63,377 bases of DNA from Paraspadella gotoi. Lineage: Eukaryota; Animalia; Chaetognatha. The notes beneath the pieces were generated by a model. That model was not told the origin of the DNA. It did no database searches and saw only the letters and a program-made list of their open reading frames with translations. Within the stretch, counting starts at the first letter, position 1, and each line of letters begins with the position of its first letter. The DNA is taken from assembly GCA_051294375.1 (NCBI GenBank), contig CM119270.1:16570928-16634304 (forward strand), given 5' to 3'. Shown piece after piece: positions 50,378 through 61,841 of this stretch. A program made the translations under genes and the position numbers.

Positions 50378-52714
50378 NNNNNNNNNNNNNNNNNNNNNNN
50401 NNNNNNNNNNNNNNNNNNNNNNNNNNNNNNNNNNNNNNNNNNNNNNNNNNNNNNNNNNNNNNNNNNNNNNNNNNNNNNNNNNNNNNNNNNNNNNNNNNNN
50501 NNNNNNNNNNNNNNNNNNNNNNNNNNNNNNNNNNNNNNNNNNNNNNNNNNNNNNNNNNNNNNNNNNNNNNNNNNNNNNNNNNNNNNNNNNNNNNNNNNNN
50601 NNNNNNNNNNNNNNNNNNNNNNNNNNNNNNNNNNNNNNNNNNNNNNNNNNNNNNNNNNNNNNNNNNNNNNNNNNNNNNNNNNNNNNNNNNNNNNNNNNNN
50701 NNNNNNNNNNNNNNNNNNNNNNNNNNNNNNNNNNNNNNNNNNNNNNNNNNNNNNNNNNNNNNNNNNNNNNNNNNNNNNNNNNNNNNNNNNNNNNNNNNNN
50801 NNNNNNNNNNNNNNNNNNNNNNNNNNNNNNNNNNNNNNNNNNNNNNNNNNNNNNNNNNNNNNNNNNNNNNNNNNNNNNNNNNNNNNNNNNNNNNNNNNNN
50901 NNNNNNNNNNNNNNNNNNNNNNNNNNNNNNNNNNNNNNNNNNNNNNNNNNNNNNNNNNNNNNNNNNNNNNNNNNNNNNNNNNNNNNNNNNNNNNNNNNNN
51001 NNNNNNNNNNNNNNNNNNNNNNNNNNNNNNNNNNNNNNNNNNNNNNNNNNNNNNNNNNNNNNNNNNNNNNNNNNNNNNNNNNNNNNNNNNNNNNNNNNNN
51101 NNNNNNNNNNNNNNNNNNNNNNNNNNNNNNNNNNNNNNNNNNNNNNNNNNNNNNNNNNNNNNNNNNNNNNNNNNNNNNNNNNNNNNNNNNNNNNNNNNNN
51201 NNNNNNNNNNNNNNNNNNNNNNNNNNNNNNNNNNNNNNNNNNNNNNNNNNNNNNNNNNNNNNNNNNNNNNNNNNNNNNNNNNNNNNNNNNNNNNNNNNNN
51301 NNNNNNNNNNNNNNNNNNNNNNNNNNAAGGGGAAGCGAGAAAGCCCGGAAATGGACAGATCAATTTTGGAGGCAATCTCTCTCGCATCACTCGCCAAAGC
51401 AAAGGGCGTTCTTTTCTTTCTTCTTGTCTTTTCTTTCTTTTCTTTCTTCTTGTCTTTTCTTTCTTTTCTTTCTTCTTGTCTTTTCTTTCTTTTCTTTCTT
51501 CTTGTCTTTTCTTTCTTTTCTTTCTTCTTGTCTTTTCCCGTTTTCGTGGGGAGAGGGGGAAGTTGAGGACGAGGGTCTGGGGGGGAAAGGGAGCAGAGGG
51601 CGAAGATGAGGAAGAGGGTCGTTTGAAAAATGTTCAATAATGGGTACTATCAAAGTATTGACAAAAATCAGAAATATTAACAGTGTAAAAGACTATAGAA
51701 AACGGTAATTAAGTAAAAACTAAACTAGTAAAATTCAACAAAAACAAAAGACACTAACGTTTAAAATGGAATCATGAATAAAATTTTATGAACTATTTAA
51801 TAAGAAACTATAAAAATTAACGTTAATGAACTTTCAAGGATCAGATGTCAAAATCATAAAAACCAGAAACAGTAAAAAACGAAAAACGTCAAGCAACGTT
51901 AATAAAACGTTCAAAAACAATACGCAAAAACAAAACAACAAAAAACAACGAAAACATAAAATATGAAAACAAAAACAAAAAATGTTATAACCTTAAAAAA
52001 AGTACTTAAAACGTTAAAGATACTAAAAGTCATAATAACAANNNNNNNNNNNNNNNNNNNNNNNNNNNNNNNNNNNNNNNNNNNNNNNNNNNNNNNNNNN
52101 NNNNNNNNNNNNNNNNNNNNNNNNNNNNNNNNNNNNNNNNNNNNNNNNNNNNNNNNNNNNNNNNNNNNNNNNNNNNNNNNNNNNNNNNNNNNNNNNNNNN
52201 NNNNNNNNNNNNNNNNNNNNNNNNNNNNNNNNNNNNNNNNNNNNNNNNNNNNNNNNNNNNNNNNNNNNNNNNNNNNNNNNNNNNNNNNNNNNNNNNNNNN
52301 NNNNNNNNNNNNNNNNNNNNNNNNNNNNNNNNNNNNNNNNNNTAACTCCACCTATTAGAAAATATAATTCACAAGTCATTTCTCGACTCTAAAAGACGAG
52401 ATTCTCTTTTTGAGATAAAAATGAAAAGCTCTACGCTTTTCCTACGATGTTTTATCCAACTTAAAACCAGCATGCCCAAAAATCGATTAGATTTTTTTGC
52501 CTACTAATAAAACTGACGCCAAAAACCCGTTTAATTGTAAAACACTGCAATATGCAAATTAGATTATGGTACATCGATAAAGTCGATAGGAAAAATACTG
52601 CAAATTAATATGCAAATCCAAGTACGCGATTTATTTACGATGGGTTAAAAAAAAACCTTGCAATGAAATCTCGTTTGATTTAAAAATAATGACAGATGTA
52701 ATCCATAAATACTA

Positions 52715-52757
52715 TATGAAATTGGTACAACCAATATAAAAATTATCCATTCATTTA
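52715..52757 (+). mobile_element. Dispersed repeat, truncated copy C
   Basis: TATGAAATTGGTACAACCAATATAAAAATTATCCATTCATTTA is identical to the start of copy A. Confidence 0.6.
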
Positions 52758-52899
52758 TATATTATATAATATTATATTATATAATATATTTGCATCGATA
52801 TTCTTTGAAATGAAAATAAGGAAACCTAAATTCTTCAGTGACGACCACCGGTACAAAAGTGAGGATGATATCGATACTCGACGATACGAGGAAAATAAC

Positions 52900-53628
52900 G
52901 AGACGACGGCAGCAAGGAAGCTGACAGAAACGACGACGACGACGACGCTAATTTCATCTCAGCAAAATTCGGCCCCCCATCGACGCCTCGCTTTGGTCGC
53001 TGACGCTTCTGCAAGATGGCGTCCGATTAGCAAGTCAAATGGCAGCGCTATCCTCTCTCTCTCTCNNNNNNNNNNNNNNNNNNNNNNNNNNNNNNNNNNN
53101 NNNNNNNNNNNNNNNNNNNNNNNNNNNNNNNNNNNNNNNNNNNNNNNNNNNNNNNNNNNNNNNNNNNNNNNNNNNNNNNNNNNNNNNNNNNNNNNNNNNN
53201 NNNNNNNNNNNNNNNNNNNNNNNNNNNNNTCTCCGGGTGTCTTATTCCGTCGCATTTCTCGAGTCTATTTTTAGTTCGGAATTCGAATGAAAGAAAGAGG
53301 AAAGGAAAGGAAGGAAAAGGAAAGGAAGGGAAAGGAAAGAAAATAAAAGAAAAGGAAAGGANNNNNNNNNNNNNNNNNNNNNNNNNTGACGGCAGCAGGA
53401 AGCTGACAGAAACGACGACGACGACGGACGCTTAATTTCATCTCAGCAAAATTTCGGCCCCCATCGACGCCTCGCTTTTGGTCGCTGACGCTTCCTGCAA
53501 GATGGCTCCGATTAGCAATCAAATGGCACGCTATCCTCTCTCTCTCTCTATCTCTATTTCCTCTCCTCTCCTTCTTCTCTCCTCTGCTTCTCTCTCTCTC
53601 TCTCTCTCTCTCCTCGTCTCTCTCTCTC

Positions 53629-53672
<44 letters not shown>

Positions 53673-53800
53673 TCTGTCTCGTCTCTCTCCCCGGATGAAA
53701 GACTCCCGGGTGGTCTTATCCGTCGCATTTCTCGAGTCTATTTTAGTTCGGAATTCGAATGAAAAAGAATAGAGAAGAAAAGGATAAAGAAGAAAGGAAA
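52900..53800 (+). repeat. Tandem duplication across a 25-N gap (52903-53340 vs 53388-53800)
   Basis: GACGGCAGCA(A)GGAAGCTGACAGAAACGACG and CTCGAGTCTATTTTAGTTCGGAATTCGAATG each occur twice. Confidence 0.75.
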
Positions 53801-54056
53801 GAAAGAAAAGGAAATGAATAGAAAGAAATAGAAAATAAAAGAAAAGGAAAGGAAAGAAGGAGGAAATTATGGAATGAGAAAATATAAAGAAAAAAGGAAA
53901 AGGGAAGAAAAGAAAGGAAGCTAAAAGAAAGGGAAAAAATGTAAGAAAACGAAAATAGAGGATCCAACGATCCACCCGAAATTAATATCTCGATTTTTTT
54001 ATTATTGGCAAAAGTACAGTTACACCACTAACTTTGGAGTTTAAGATTACTTATTC

Positions 54057-54097
<41 letters not shown>

Positions 54098-54098
54098 A

Positions 54099-54163
<65 letters not shown>

Positions 54164-54823
54164 GAGAGAGTCATCCAGATATGAGCACGCCGGATTCCAC
54201 CGACGTCGGAGCTTCTCGTTGGCGGCAGGACGGGGCGGGCGGCGGCTGCAGTGCGGTGACGGCGGGCGGCGGCGGGGCGGCGGCGGCGGCCCAATTTCCG
54301 CGACAGAAAATCCGTTTCCTGAAAGAAAATGGCGTCGGGAAAGTGAAAGGCGGGAATGGAGGAAGAAGAATAATGGTTGGGAGAGAATGAAGATGTCGGG
54401 TGATTGAAGGTAAGGTGAAGAAGGAGGGGGAGATGGTAGGGTGGGTGAAATTTGAAGAAAAGTATAGTAGAGGGTTAGTCAAGAGAATTGTCGTAATAGA
54501 AAAGAAACATAAAAAAAAGAATAGAAGAAAGAGAAAAGAAGCGATGAGAACCTCACTTTATTTCACATTATTTTTTTTACATTGAGTTCATCTGCTTCGA
54601 TTTTCCCGATTCTTGAAGTAACAAGACCTTCCCACAACAACAACAAACAACAACAACAATGACAATCGACAACAAACATCCTCTTTTCTACCAGAAGGAA
54701 AGTTTTTCTTTCCTGTTCCAAAGGTTCACCCCATTTCACTCTCTCGGTCACAGCCTCAATATCCTTTCGCCCACGACTGTCCATTATCAACTCTCTCTCT
54801 CTTCTCTTCTCTCTTCTCTCTCT

Positions 54824-54875
<52 letters not shown>

Positions 54876-55057
54876 GTTTCTCCCATCCATGTTCCCATGG
54901 CCATATTTGCCTGGGTGTAAGTGATTATCGTCGACTTTTTGCCTTTTCGTCGTTCCTCCCTTCCTCTGCCATTTTTTCCCTAATCACCTTGAGACACCAC
55001 CTCACTCCTCTCTCTCTCTCTCTCTTCTCTCTCTTTTCTCTCTCTCTCGTCCCCCCC

Positions 55058-55100
<43 letters not shown>

Positions 55101-55330
55101 CTCTCTCTCTCTTCATTACTCTTCATTGTATCTTTTTTCTTGAGTAAGCTGCTAAAAAAATGAACAAAAAAGGATTACTCATCCATTTATACATTAACTT
55201 AATTAATTATCCTTTTTTGTGTCTACTATGAGACAAATTCTTAATTTAATTTTTAGTCGGCTTAAAGTTAGAACCTTAATTGAAGCAAAGTCATTTTCTA
55301 AAACTCCGCAGCGAGCGTTTCCGTCCGCAT

Positions 55331-55377
55331 CGCTAACGCCGCTAACGCCGCTAACGCCGCTAACGCCGCTAACGCCA
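55331..55377 (+). repeat. (CGCTAACGC)n 9-bp tandem repeat, ~5 copies
   Basis: Directly visible. Confidence 0.85.
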
Positions 55378-56779
55378 TAGGAAACGGCGTCTTTTTCGTG
55401 GCATAAAAAAAGGGAGCAACGTTCTGGAAATGAGGGTAACGACTTTTGGGGTAATGCCCCACATAACGTCGTCGTCGTCGTCATTGTCGTCGTCGGCGTC
55501 GTCGTTCACTTAAATGGGTGGAAAAAAGGGAAAGTTTGGACGAGAAAAAAAAAGTGTGAGGAAAGAAAAAAGAAAATCGGTTTTTCTCTCGATGTTTATC
55601 TACTTTTCTTCTTCTTTTTTCTTCTTTTCTTTTCTTTCATTTTTTTTTCTCTTTTTTTTTTAAATTCTGCCTCTTTTCGTTTTTTTTTTTCCCTTTTTTT
55701 CTTTTCGTTAATTTAAGTTTTTTTCTCGTTTGTCTTTTTGCTTTTTTATTTTAATAAATTTTAATTCCTTTCGGAGGCTAAATCGGCCATTTTGCTTCTT
55801 TCTTTCCTTTTTCCTATGACTATATCATTCAGTATTAACTCACTTTTTTTTCTCTCCTCTCCATTTTACCATTCATTCCCCCCTAACTTCCATACATTAA
55901 ACCATTTCTCTCATCGCTCTTTATCTCCCTCTTCTCTCCTTTTCCTCCATCCATTTTACTCCCTTTCCTCCCTTCCTTCTTTCCTCCCTCGCACAGCTCG
56001 GCCATTTTTGCTCTTCTGCCTCATTTTCTATCGGTTGAACCGGGAGGCCATTGCATCGGCGGCAACGCGAGGCGATGACCGCGACGACGATGACGACGAC
56101 GAACTGAGAAGATGACAACGACGAACGAAAGCGATGACAACGATGACGAAAACAATGACGGCGATTACATGAAAGTCTCACACAATTTGATCGATAATGT
56201 TTTGCAGTATTTTCATCAGAAGATAACACATTTTTTGCCACAAAGACGACGACGATGCGAAAGTCGACTAAGAGAACGTTAATAACGACGATGACGACGA
56301 CGACAATAACGATAACGGCGACGACGACGATGACGACGACGACGACGACGACTATGCTTTTGGCCGAGAAAGTGGGAGGGCGATTAAACCTTGACGAGAC
56401 GAAGGCGTGGACGACGGATTCTGATGAACGAGGGTGGTCATGAGGTGGTCATGAGGTGGACGGAAAGTGGGGGACGTAGCGGGTGTGTTATTGGCTGGTA
56501 TGCAGACAACAAAGATGGCGCTTTTAGGGGTTATACAGTATATACATATGTACTTTGTGAAGAAGACAAAAATTATTGAAATTTTAACTTGTATGGGCAA
56601 AGAAAATTAAAACTCTGTTTCAACTGATTTCAAAGACGATTATAATTTATAATATAAAGCTTGTATTGTTACTTAGAATAGCAAGCAGAGCTGCTTTCCT
56701 TTCCTCGCTGAGAAGAAAGAAAAGGCGTCTCTCTTTTCTGGCGATTTCCCATTAAGAGGCTCAGCGATTCTACCGACGA

Positions 56780-57255
56780 AGAAAGGATTATCAAACTCAA
56801 GGTCGAGAGGATGGATTATAAAGTTCGTTGCGAGTGGAGGAAGGAGGATTATCAAACTAAGGATTGGAGAAGAGATAATTATTTAATTTGTTGAGGACTA
56901 GAAGATGGATAATGAAGCATTAAAGATTGTTGAGAGTGGAAGAGGTAAGATTATCAATTTCAAAGTGGAAAAGAATGGATTGTAAAACTTGCTAGAGGCA
57001 AAGAAAATAGGTTATAAAACTTTAGGATGGATGAGGAAGAATTATCAAGCTTTTAGAGATAAGAGGATGGATTAAAAAGTTTTTTTTTGATAACTGGAGG
57101 AGGAAGGATTATAAAACTCAAGGTTGGAAGAGGAAGGATTATAAAACTTGTCGAGTGAGGAGGAGGGATAAATTATAAAACTCAAGGTTGGAAGAGGAAG
57201 GATTATAAAACTTGTCGAGAGCGGAGGAGGGAGAATTATCAAACTCAAGGTTGGA
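56780..57255 (+). repeat. Degenerate minisatellite (~30-35-bp subunits, ~65-bp dimer) upstream of the knottin genes
   Basis: GAGGAAGGATTATAAAACTCAAGGTTGGAA / GGATTATAAAACTTGTCGAG units repeated. Confidence 0.7.
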
Positions 57256-57510
57256 GCAGCTCGTCCGAGGTCATCGCGTCTTTTATCCGAAACTCGCGAC
57301 GCGAATCTCATTAACGACCGTTCGTTCTTTCCTTTTTCTTAGACGCCTTTATTTTTTTGTTGTGGTTGTGGAATTTTTGTCATGAGAGAGTATTAGTGAG
57401 ATTGAGAATTGTAGTTATTGACTTATGAGTTTTCTTTTAAAACTAATCAGAGAAAACCATCAAAAACCAAAGATTGATTCTGTTCCTTTTTTTATGAAAA
57501 AGGAATGAGC

Positions 57511-57558
57511 GTAAACAGTAAACAAACGAGCGTAAACAAATATTATTTTAAATAAACA
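57511..57558 (+). promoter_or_regulatory. Cluster of forkhead-type RTAAACA sites upstream of knottin gene 1
   Basis: GTAAACA at 57511, 57518 and 57532, and ATAAACA at 57552, 115-160 nt upstream of the ATG. Confidence 0.35.
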
Positions 57559-57671
57559 TTGAAAGCTGATTTGGAAGAATTATCGTTTACGCTTAAGGCT
57601 TACCGAAGATTTAGATAAATACAAACTTTATTTAGTTCTTTAAAAAAGATTTTTTGTTGAGATCGAAAAAG

Positions 57672-58518
57672 ATGAAAATCGTTTTGGCTTTGATCTTCGC
57701 CATCGTTTTGGTCAACTCGCGCAACGTGAGACGAAATGTAAGTTTGTCTTTATGAAATTGGTACAACCAAAATAAAAATTATCCATTCATTTAATAAATA
57801 AGCTATCTTGCCCCTGACTTTGGACAGGCTTTGGTGGTATAAGGCCTCCATCACTCTTACAAGATAATGGCATAGCAGGTCCCTGCAAGCTTTCAATCAA
57901 GACTCTCTCACAGTCTCGTTTATTCACTCCCAGAGTACCTGGTTTCCTTATCAATGAAGTGGAAAATATTTCAAGGAATGTTTCAATTGTATGAAAAGAC
58001 CACTCCCTTAAGTATTAGATCGGGGAATACTTATTGTACTCCGCACTAGCATCAAAATACTGACTCAAAATACTGACTCACACGACTCAAGACGTGACGA
58101 TGACTTTACCTTTTACTTTTAATGGATTCTTGTGTGGTCTTTCTTTTAAAATTGGTTTCAAATCGTTTAAAAGTCGTGTAATATTGGTTGATCCTTCCCG
58201 CCTTCGACACAAGAACGATTTAATGATCACGATGTATCTCGTTGATCGTTCTTAATCCGAAGGACGTACCACACTATATTTCAGCCTGAACTGAAGCAAA
58301 TTGCCGCGAAGAGGGTCGTTGAGGACGCGTTTGACGCACTGAACACCGACGCCGCCGCCGACGCAGCCCCCGCCGACGCAGCCGACGCTGTCAACGACGC
58401 TGCCGACTGCGCAAAACTGAATGAAATTTGCTCTTCCGACGAGCCTAACTGTTGCTCGGGCTTGAATTGCGTTCGATTCGCGCCCCAAGTTTTCGACTTC
58501 GTTTGTCGACAAAAGTGA
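57672..58518 (+). CDS. Secreted cystine-knot (ICK/knottin, conotoxin-like) prepropeptide 1; join(57672..57737,58285..58518), 99 aa
   Basis: Exon 1 MKIVLALIFAIVLVNSRNVRRN (hydrophobic signal peptide), followed by a GTAAGT donor. Acceptor TATTTCAG at 58284. Exon 2 PELKQIAAKRVVEDAFDALNTDAAADAAPADAADAVNDAADCAKLNEICSSDEPNCCSGLNCVRFAPQVFDFVCRQK*. Cys spacing C-x6-C-x6-CC-x4-C-x11-C. AATAAA at 58626. A paralog with the same structure lies downstream. Confidence 0.85.
57751..58060 (+). mobile_element. Dispersed ~300-bp repeat, copy D, in the intron of knottin gene 1
   Basis: Closely similar to 39194-39492. Begins 13 nt into the intron. Confidence 0.75.
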
Positions 58519-58798
58519 AGTTTCACCAAGAGTGAGTTTCACCTCGGATCCTACGGCGGGAAAAATCAGAGTTTGATTCCCAAACTTTCGGGCGGGAAAA
58601 AAGTGAATTTAAAAAATTTGAAGTAAATAAAAAATAGAAGAAAATAAATACGGCTATTTCACTTTTTTTTTTTTTTGAAAGGTTTTGTTCTTATAGAAAA
58701 TTTTAATTTAGATTTTGAAAGAATAAAAACATTAGAAGTTAGAGTGAGCCTGTCAATGAAATCTCTTCTCTCTCTATCTCTCTCTCTCTCTTTCTCTT

Positions 58799-58845
<47 letters not shown>

Positions 58846-59317
58846 ACAAATTACAAACTACTAATTTTAACTACACTTAATAATGTATTTTTTTATTGCC
58901 AAGGGATTTGTTAGAAAAAAGGGACACAGTCCTGCCTAATACTTGCGTACTATTAACTTTCTGTGTTTTAGTATTGGCCCTTCAGCATTAGCCAAAAGGA
59001 CCCATTAGACGTACCCGATACTGTCTAGGGTCAAGTGTATCATTTCTATTTCTATCTCTCTCTTCTGCTCATCTCTTCTCTCTTCCTCTCTCTCTTCTCT
59101 GCTGTCTTCTTATCTGTTTAGTCTCGGATTTTCGCTTATTAAAATGCCGCTGATACCCTATTCTTTGTCTCTTTAACGGACAAAAATGAAATACACCCTT
59201 ATAACCAACTCTTGCAAATTCTTATGTACTAATAACGCTTACTGCTCACGTCGGTGCTTACCGAGTATTATTTGCAAATATTTTTTTTTATTTTATTAAT
59301 TCCTTAAAAAATAGAAG

Positions 59318-60291
59318 ATGAAAGTGGTTTTTCTAATTATTTCTGCGATCGTTTTGGTCGAAGGTCGAAATTTGGGGCGCAAGGTAATTTTGTCTATCAG
59401 TTACTCAAGCTACTTGGCAGTTTCTTGGCTTAACGTGCTTGACCTTTTTTGGTTATAAAAGTTATTTCCTTTGTTTAAGTCATTGCTATTTTGAGCTTAT
59501 CATTTTGTCGCGTTTGAAATTAGAATTAAGTGAAATTATTTGTTTTACTGACAGAAAACAAATTTGTTTTTATTTTCGAATTGGTTGTCTGTCAGCAAAA
59601 TAAATAATTGGGGTCATGCAAGTTAACCCATGAAACTGCCAAGTGGCATAAGAAACTGAAAGACCAAAGACAGACTTTTCTCAATTTTTCACATCTTTGG
59701 AGTGATTTTTCATCCATAATTGGTCAATGATTATTGGTGATTGCTAAGAAATCAAGATACTGAGACGTTTTATCCAACCTGTCACATTTGACTTTAATTA
59801 CCTGATCCTATTGGCTCAGAAGGGGAACGCATCATCCAATACAATGTGTTCTCTTCACACTCTTAACAACTTCTCCTTTGGCATAAGCGAGACCGACCAT
59901 GGGTGACCGCGCCAGTGTCAAGCAGAGCCAATGAAGGTTGGAAGCCCCATAAGTTAGCCGGTGAGATGCCTTACCCAGCTGGGCATCACAAGCAACCCGG
60001 CTATTGATAAAACACTCTATAAACTTAATTACCAGCAACGCTACCACTTAAATATCAAAACTCACTCTTTTTTAGTTTGACCAAAAAATATTCACTGAGA
60101 AAGACTCCAGTGCCGGAGTCGCAACATTGAACGGAACCAATGCTGCCAACACCTCTATCGCTGTCGATGCTGCCGATGTCGCCGGCAACTGCATAGAAAT
60201 ATATAACGTCTGCGCCAAACCTTTTCATATATGCTGCCCTGGCCTGAGGTGCATCGAAGACAGAATTTTCAACTATTGCGAGCCAGTTTAA
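59318..60291 (+). CDS. Secreted cystine-knot (ICK/knottin, conotoxin-like) prepropeptide 2; join(59318..59383,60076..60291), 93 aa
   Basis: Exon 1 MKVVFLIISAIVLVEGRNLGRK (66 nt, same length as paralog 1), AAG|GTAATT donor, CTCTTTTTTAG acceptor at 60075. Exon 2 FDQKIFTEKDSSAGVATLNGTNAANTSIAVDAADVAGNCIEIYNVCAKPFHICCPGLRCIEDRIFNYCEPV*. Spacing C-x6-C-x6-CC-x4-C-x8-C. AATAAA at 60395. Confidence 0.85.
59392..59664. mobile_element. MITE-like foldback element in the intron of knottin gene 2
   Basis: Left GTCTATCAGTTACTCAAGCTACTTGGCAGTTTCTTGGCTTAAC pairs imperfectly with right GTTAACCCATGAAACTGCCAAGTGGCATAAGAAACTGAAAGAC. Inner inverted pair AATTATTT..CTGACAGA / TCTGTCAG..AAATAATT. Confidence 0.65.
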
Positions 60292-60783
60292 ATTCACTAA
60301 CCAATCCTACAGCGAAAAGATTGTGATTTGAATTTTTGCGGGGAGGGGGGCGTGTGTGAGACGCAAAAAAAATATGTTCTTGATAAAAACAACAAATAAA
60401 ATTCATACGAATGATAAAAAGGACAAATACGAATAGCGATGTTTTTTTATTAAATTGAAAATCACTAGGTTAGTATCAAACCTCAAATCATGAAACTTCC
60501 TGTCGGCCGAAAGAAGCGACGTCGTGGCCGACACATAACTCCGTCATCGGTCATGACTCTGGCCGACGCTGGCCGACGCGAGCCGCCAAGGGAGGAGCTC
60601 GAATGCGAGGCACCAATAAACGCGTCGTAAAAAGTTCGCTTCATCGACTGAAGTGAAAAAAAATAAGTTGGCTGCTTTTTTCTTTCGATCTTTTAATGAG
60701 TTTTTCTCTCAGCCATTTTTCTTTTCATGTACTTTTTTTTTTTGTTTACTGGTTTTTTTTTCAGGAGAAAGATTTTTTCCTGC

Positions 60784-60827
<44 letters not shown>

Positions 60828-61687
60828 TCTCTCTCTCTCTCTTCTCTCTCCCTCTCTCTCTCTTCTCTCTTCCTCTCTCTCTCTCTTTCACAACCACCGG
60901 CGCATGCTTTCTTAGCGCAAATTGGCGCGCGGAGAAAAGACGTTTCTTTGGCCGCGTCTTCGCTCGCGTCCCTTTTGCTTCTCGTTGCAATTCGCCGGTG
61001 NNNNNNNNNNCGCCGGTACAAAGCGCGGTGCGTGCGATACACGCGGTACGTGCGACGCTTGCGGTGCGTGCGATACGCGCCCCGACGGAGTCATTCACAT
61101 TGAAACGCGATGGAATCTACGTGCACCGATATTGCCTTTTCGCGGGACGAGAGTCTTCTTCCATAGTGACCTCGATTGTTAGCCTTATTTAGGTTAATTC
61201 TTGAATATTATTTAAATAATCATTTGCGGATGCGGATTTATTTTAAAAATTCTTTGGCGTAGAATTCAGAAACTTATAGTAGTTTGCACGCTAAGACTTG
61301 GTTCACCCTGAGACATGAGTCACATCATTTAAAGTTGCATGCAAAATTGTTATCTATTTCTCCGTATAAAAGAATGTTACATCATACCAAGGTTATTTGT
61401 ATGCCAATTTGTATTTAATCTCGAGGTAAAAAAAACTGATTTTTGGTAATCCACTGCAACTTTGTATCTATGAACACAACTACAAGATGATAACTTGATA
61501 AAATCCCTTTCAGACCCAGCTGAAGACCTTGTAACGGCGCTTCGTAGCCGTGCCGTGCCGTGTTGTGCCGCGAGGGCTCCGTGCCACGGTGCCAGGCCGT
61601 GCCGTGCGAGCGAAATGTTCGGAGGGAAATTATTTAGACATAATGACGTCATTAGGGACGTGGAACCATTTTTCGGTGGCGGAGAAA

Positions 61688-61718
<31 letters not shown>

Positions 61719-61809
61719 TCACGAAGTGCGTGCGTGGGATGAGTTCTTCGAAATCACCGACGCGCATCACCGTCGAACGTGAACGGCTTCACCATGTCGA
61801 GCTAATATG

Positions 61810-61841
<32 letters not shown>

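Noticed and set aside
58252-58542. Minus-strand ORFs 58252-58542 and 58281-58529 (and similarly 60055-60297)
   Set aside because: Antisense shadows of the plus-strand knottin exons.
59770-60050. GC-balanced segment in the knottin 2 intron as a tRNA/ncRNA or extra exon
   Set aside because: No cloverleaf or A/B boxes recognised and no extra exon is needed for the reading frame; possibly another repeat, but unsupported from this window.
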